This document shows, in pieces, positions 35,546-37,689 of a DNA stretch of 37,689 nt. The notes below the pieces were generated by a model. It worked only from the letters and a program-made list of their open reading frames with translations, was not told where the DNA came from and did no database searches. The translations under genes and the position numbers were made by a program. This DNA comes from a virus. Taxonomy: Duplodnaviria > Caudoviricetes. How positions within the stretch are numbered: position 1 is the stretch's first letter; the number at the start of each line of letters is the position of its first letter. The stretch is from IMG/VR virus record IMGVR_UViG_3300027863_001395, positions 1 to 37,689 of that record, one strand, 5' to 3'.

Positions 35546-35806
35546 ACTTTTCTTGCATAAGACTGTTACTGTTGGAACAATCTTTGTCCTCTTCCCATCC
35601 TGTGTAGGCCTTTCCTCGAACTTTACTTCTGACACAGAAAACGTGCATCCTGACGCATCACATAATCTTTTTACGACCACAAACATTTTTGAGACAAGAG
35701 AGCCTCTTGCTGACAGTGACACTGAACCCTTGTTCGCTAGCTCGAAACTTGCTTTCAAAAAGTATGTTTTTAAAGGTTTTCTTCCAACATATATTACATC
35801 CGGCAT
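35540..35806 (-). CDS. alba: Alba-family DNA/RNA-binding protein
   Basis: VIYVGRKP..Y, SARG..VSK, beta-hairpin QDGK..VPTVTV. Confidence 0.85.
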   Translation of the reverse strand: MPDVIYVGRKPLKTYFLKASFELANKGSVSLSARGSLVSKMFVVVKRLCDASGCTFSVSEVKFEERPTQDGKRTKIVPTVTVLCKKSV

Positions 35807-35841
35807 ACCTTTAGCCTCCAGATACCCTTTTATAAACTTTT

Positions 35842-35970
35842 CTATGGTGCATAGGACTCATCAATACATTTTGCATCCATACTCCTGTACTTGTTGAAGA
35901 CTGGACAATAAAGTTTTCCTGGATACAATGTTGGATATACTGCCCATGGACAGTTTGCACATTCACGCAT
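35842..35970 (-). CDS. 42-aa four-Cys metal-binding peptide
   Basis: MRECANCPWAVYPTLYPGKLYCPVFNKYRSMDAKCIDESYAP; TTTAAAA box upstream. Confidence 0.55.
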   Translation of the reverse strand: MRECANCPWAVYPTLYPGKLYCPVFNKYRSMDAKCIDESYAP

Positions 35971-36054
35971 ACGTTATCTAATGTCATTCTTTCTTTTAAA
36001 CTTTATGGGAGAGAGTAAAGTTTATATATCTTTATGTAGGACGTTTATAATCGT

Positions 36055-36255
36055 ATGAAGGGCATAATAAAATTGATACATGTAGGAACAAAGGGAAAGA
36101 CTGCGACGACAATAGTAAGTCTCTCGGCATCTCTGGTTAGACAACTTTATCCAGACTTTAACAAGGACACTCTAATGTTTGCCAAGTGGGAAGTGAACAA
36201 AGAGAAAGGTGTTCTGGAGCTAAAGCTGTTGAAACCAGAGGAAATCAAGAAATAA
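36055..36255 (+). CDS. AbrB/SpoVT-like small DNA-binding protein
   Basis: KLIHVG...TIVSLSASLVRQL..beta-strand pattern. Confidence 0.55.
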   Translation: MKGIIKLIHVGTKGKTATTIVSLSASLVRQLYPDFNKDTLMFAKWEVNKEKGVLELKLLKPEEIKK

Positions 36256-36266
36256 GAGGTGTCTTC

Positions 36267-36575
36267 TTGGAAGAGGATGGAACAGAAGAAGAAGTAATAG
36301 AAGAAAATGTTGTAGAGGAGAAAGTGGATACTGAAAAGAGAAATTTTCTCCTTGACATTTCTAACGTAAACCTTGACACTATTGAGGGACAAAATTATAT
36401 TGTTTTAGAATGTCAGAAGGCTCTGTTGACAATGAAATTGACTCGAAAAGATATTGAGGCAATCAAGCTCGTGAAAGACCTTGTTAGGACAAAAAAGGAT
36501 TTGGACACACTAAAATACTATATCGAATTAAAGGATGAGATAGAGAAGATAAAAGAGAGGTTGGGAAAGAGTTAA
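36267..36575 (+). CDS. Hypothetical protein
   Basis: TTG 36267 after GAGGTG RBS (same frame as ORF-track 36186). Confidence 0.65.
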   Translation: MEEDGTEEEVIEENVVEEKVDTEKRNFLLDISNVNLDTIEGQNYIVLECQKALLTMKLTRKDIEAIKLVKDLVRTKKDLDTLKYYIELKDEIEKIKERLGKS

Positions 36576-36602
36576 ATATTCGTTTTCCTAAAAACATGTT
36601 CA

Positions 36603-37061
36603 ATGGTAGCATACACTGATGTTCCATCTGTTGTAACCGAACTTAACCTCCAAAAGAGTACAGACAATCCGACCATGTACTTACTTTACGCTATCCCAAC
36701 TTCAGAAGATGTTATAAGCAACTATGTTGCCCAAGCAAATGAGGTTACCACTCAATTGTTTGGAGACTTGACTGGCTCAGACCAGTTTAATCTTGCCAAA
36801 ATCTTTGCTACAAAACTTGCTTCCCTGTGGCTTATCCAGGTTATGGCATCGAATATCGTGTTCTCTGGTGCAAGACTTGGTGTCGGTGCCGTTACAGTTG
36901 AAAGACTTCCTGCAATAGAAAGTGCTTTCGAAAAGCTTGAGACATCCTTGAACGAGCAGTTGAGGAGAATATATATTATGCTCACAGGAGTTGAGGTCGT
37001 GGACTCATATTCGCCTTCCTCTGTCTACATTCCTTCACGTGGTCAAACATGGATGCCGTAG
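36603..37061 (+). CDS. Head-tail adaptor (connector) protein
   Basis: MVAYTD..V, helical core, LGVGAVTV strand; precedes closure protein. Confidence 0.65.
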   Translation: MVAYTDVPSVVTELNLQKSTDNPTMYLLYAIPTSEDVISNYVAQANEVTTQLFGDLTGSDQFNLAKIFATKLASLWLIQVMASNIVFSGARLGVGAVTVERLPAIESAFEKLETSLNEQLRRIYIMLTGVEVVDSYSPSSVYIPSRGQTWMP

Positions 37062-37073
37062 AGGTGAAATAGT

Positions 37074-37463
37074 ATGGAATATACTCTTCCAACTCCTCTC
37101 CTGAACCTTGAAGTAGAACATTTGAAGGCAACATTTAAGCAGATGATTGAGACATTAGGTTTTCCTATAACGTACATGTCGAGAACAGACAGTGGCGAAG
37201 ACAGTTACGGTCACCCAATATATTCTTTCTCGAACCAAACTTTTAAGGCGATTGTAACAAACATTTCTGACAGAGAATATCAGTTTGTTGAACCGGGACT
37301 TCTTCCAACCCACTATGCCAAACTTTTCCTATATCAGGTTACACCAAAAATCGGTGACAGAATAAGTTACGTTAACATTGAATGGGAGGTTAGAGGCATT
37401 ATTCCTATGACCATTAACGGCCAAGTAATCTATTACGAGGTAATAATTAGAAGAAGAATCTAA
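37074..37463 (+). CDS. Head closure (stopper) protein
   Basis: DSYGHP, PKIGDRI..EWEV beta pattern; GAGGTGA RBS. Confidence 0.7.
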   Translation: MEYTLPTPLLNLEVEHLKATFKQMIETLGFPITYMSRTDSGEDSYGHPIYSFSNQTFKAIVTNISDREYQFVEPGLLPTHYAKLFLYQVTPKIGDRISYVNIEWEVRGIIPMTINGQVIYYEVIIRRRI

Positions 37464-37689
37464 ACCCTTTTCTTGAAGGCGATGATGAGAATAATTGAAA
37501 CACACAATCCTATTATGGCACCATATAATATTAAAAGAAGTTTGTCAATGTTAGAAGAAGCTTCTTTTGTTTCAACCAAAGTGGTAATATAGGTTTCTTT
37601 GGCTGTCAATGTTTCCGTCCTTGCTTCAGTCTTTGTTTCTGTTATAGTATTCGTTAAAGTTCTTGTCTCAGTCTTCGTCTGGTTGATAA
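37460..37689 (-). CDS. C-terminus of a Thr-rich, membrane-anchored surface protein (partial)
   Basis: INQTKTETRTLTNTITETKT...LLLILYGAIIGLCVSIILIIAFKKRV*. Confidence 0.75.
   Translation of the reverse strand, partial: INQTKTETRTLTNTITETKTEARTETLTAKETYITTLVETKEASSNIDKLLLILYGAIIGLCVSIILIIAFKKRV

Noticed and set aside
357-36985. Many antisense/overlapping ORFs in the track (e.g. 357..662, 1222..1614, 21252..21716, 33893..34270, 35553..35897)
   Set aside because: Shadows of better-supported genes; no RBS or promoter; Ser/Phe/Leu-rich antisense composition
28889-37061. Pro-stop endings (tail fibre, tape measure, adaptor) as frameshift/readthrough sites
   Set aside because: Readthrough at the tape measure and adaptor hits a second in-frame TGA; the tail-fibre +1 frame closes quickly and the next gene has its own TATA box
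1-37689. CRISPR or mini-CRISPR array
   Set aside because: No repeat-spacer periodicity seen; intergenic gaps are short and explained by promoters

Overview
AT-rich (roughly 35-40% GC by eye) segment of an archaeal head-tail virus or provirus (Caudoviricetes, probably siphovirus-like). The evidence is archaeal TATA-box promoters, GGTGA ribosome-binding sites, many leaderless genes, an archaeal-type tRNA and an Alba homologue. 1-11 kb is an early/accessory region: hypothetical proteins, a radical SAM/SPASM enzyme, a stand-alone LigD 3'-phosphoesterase and a MoxR AAA+ / metallopeptidase-VWA pair, driven by a shared promoter carrying a palindromic TTCCANTGGAA box. 11-25 kb holds small, often very acidic genes on alternating strands, an atypical tRNA-Pro(UGG) with C33 and A37, a HAD nucleotidase, a portal protein with two LAGLIDADG inteins, a Nal1-like serine protease, an XPF/ERCC4 nuclease and a half DNA methyltransferase. 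25-37.7 kb is the tail module (FN3 tail fibre, tail tube, chaperone with a -1 frameshift, tape measure, hub/distal tail), Alba and head-tail joining genes. No terminase, major capsid, integrase, polymerase or CRISPR array was recognised. GATC appears absent. All family assignments come from motif recognition by eye, not database searches.
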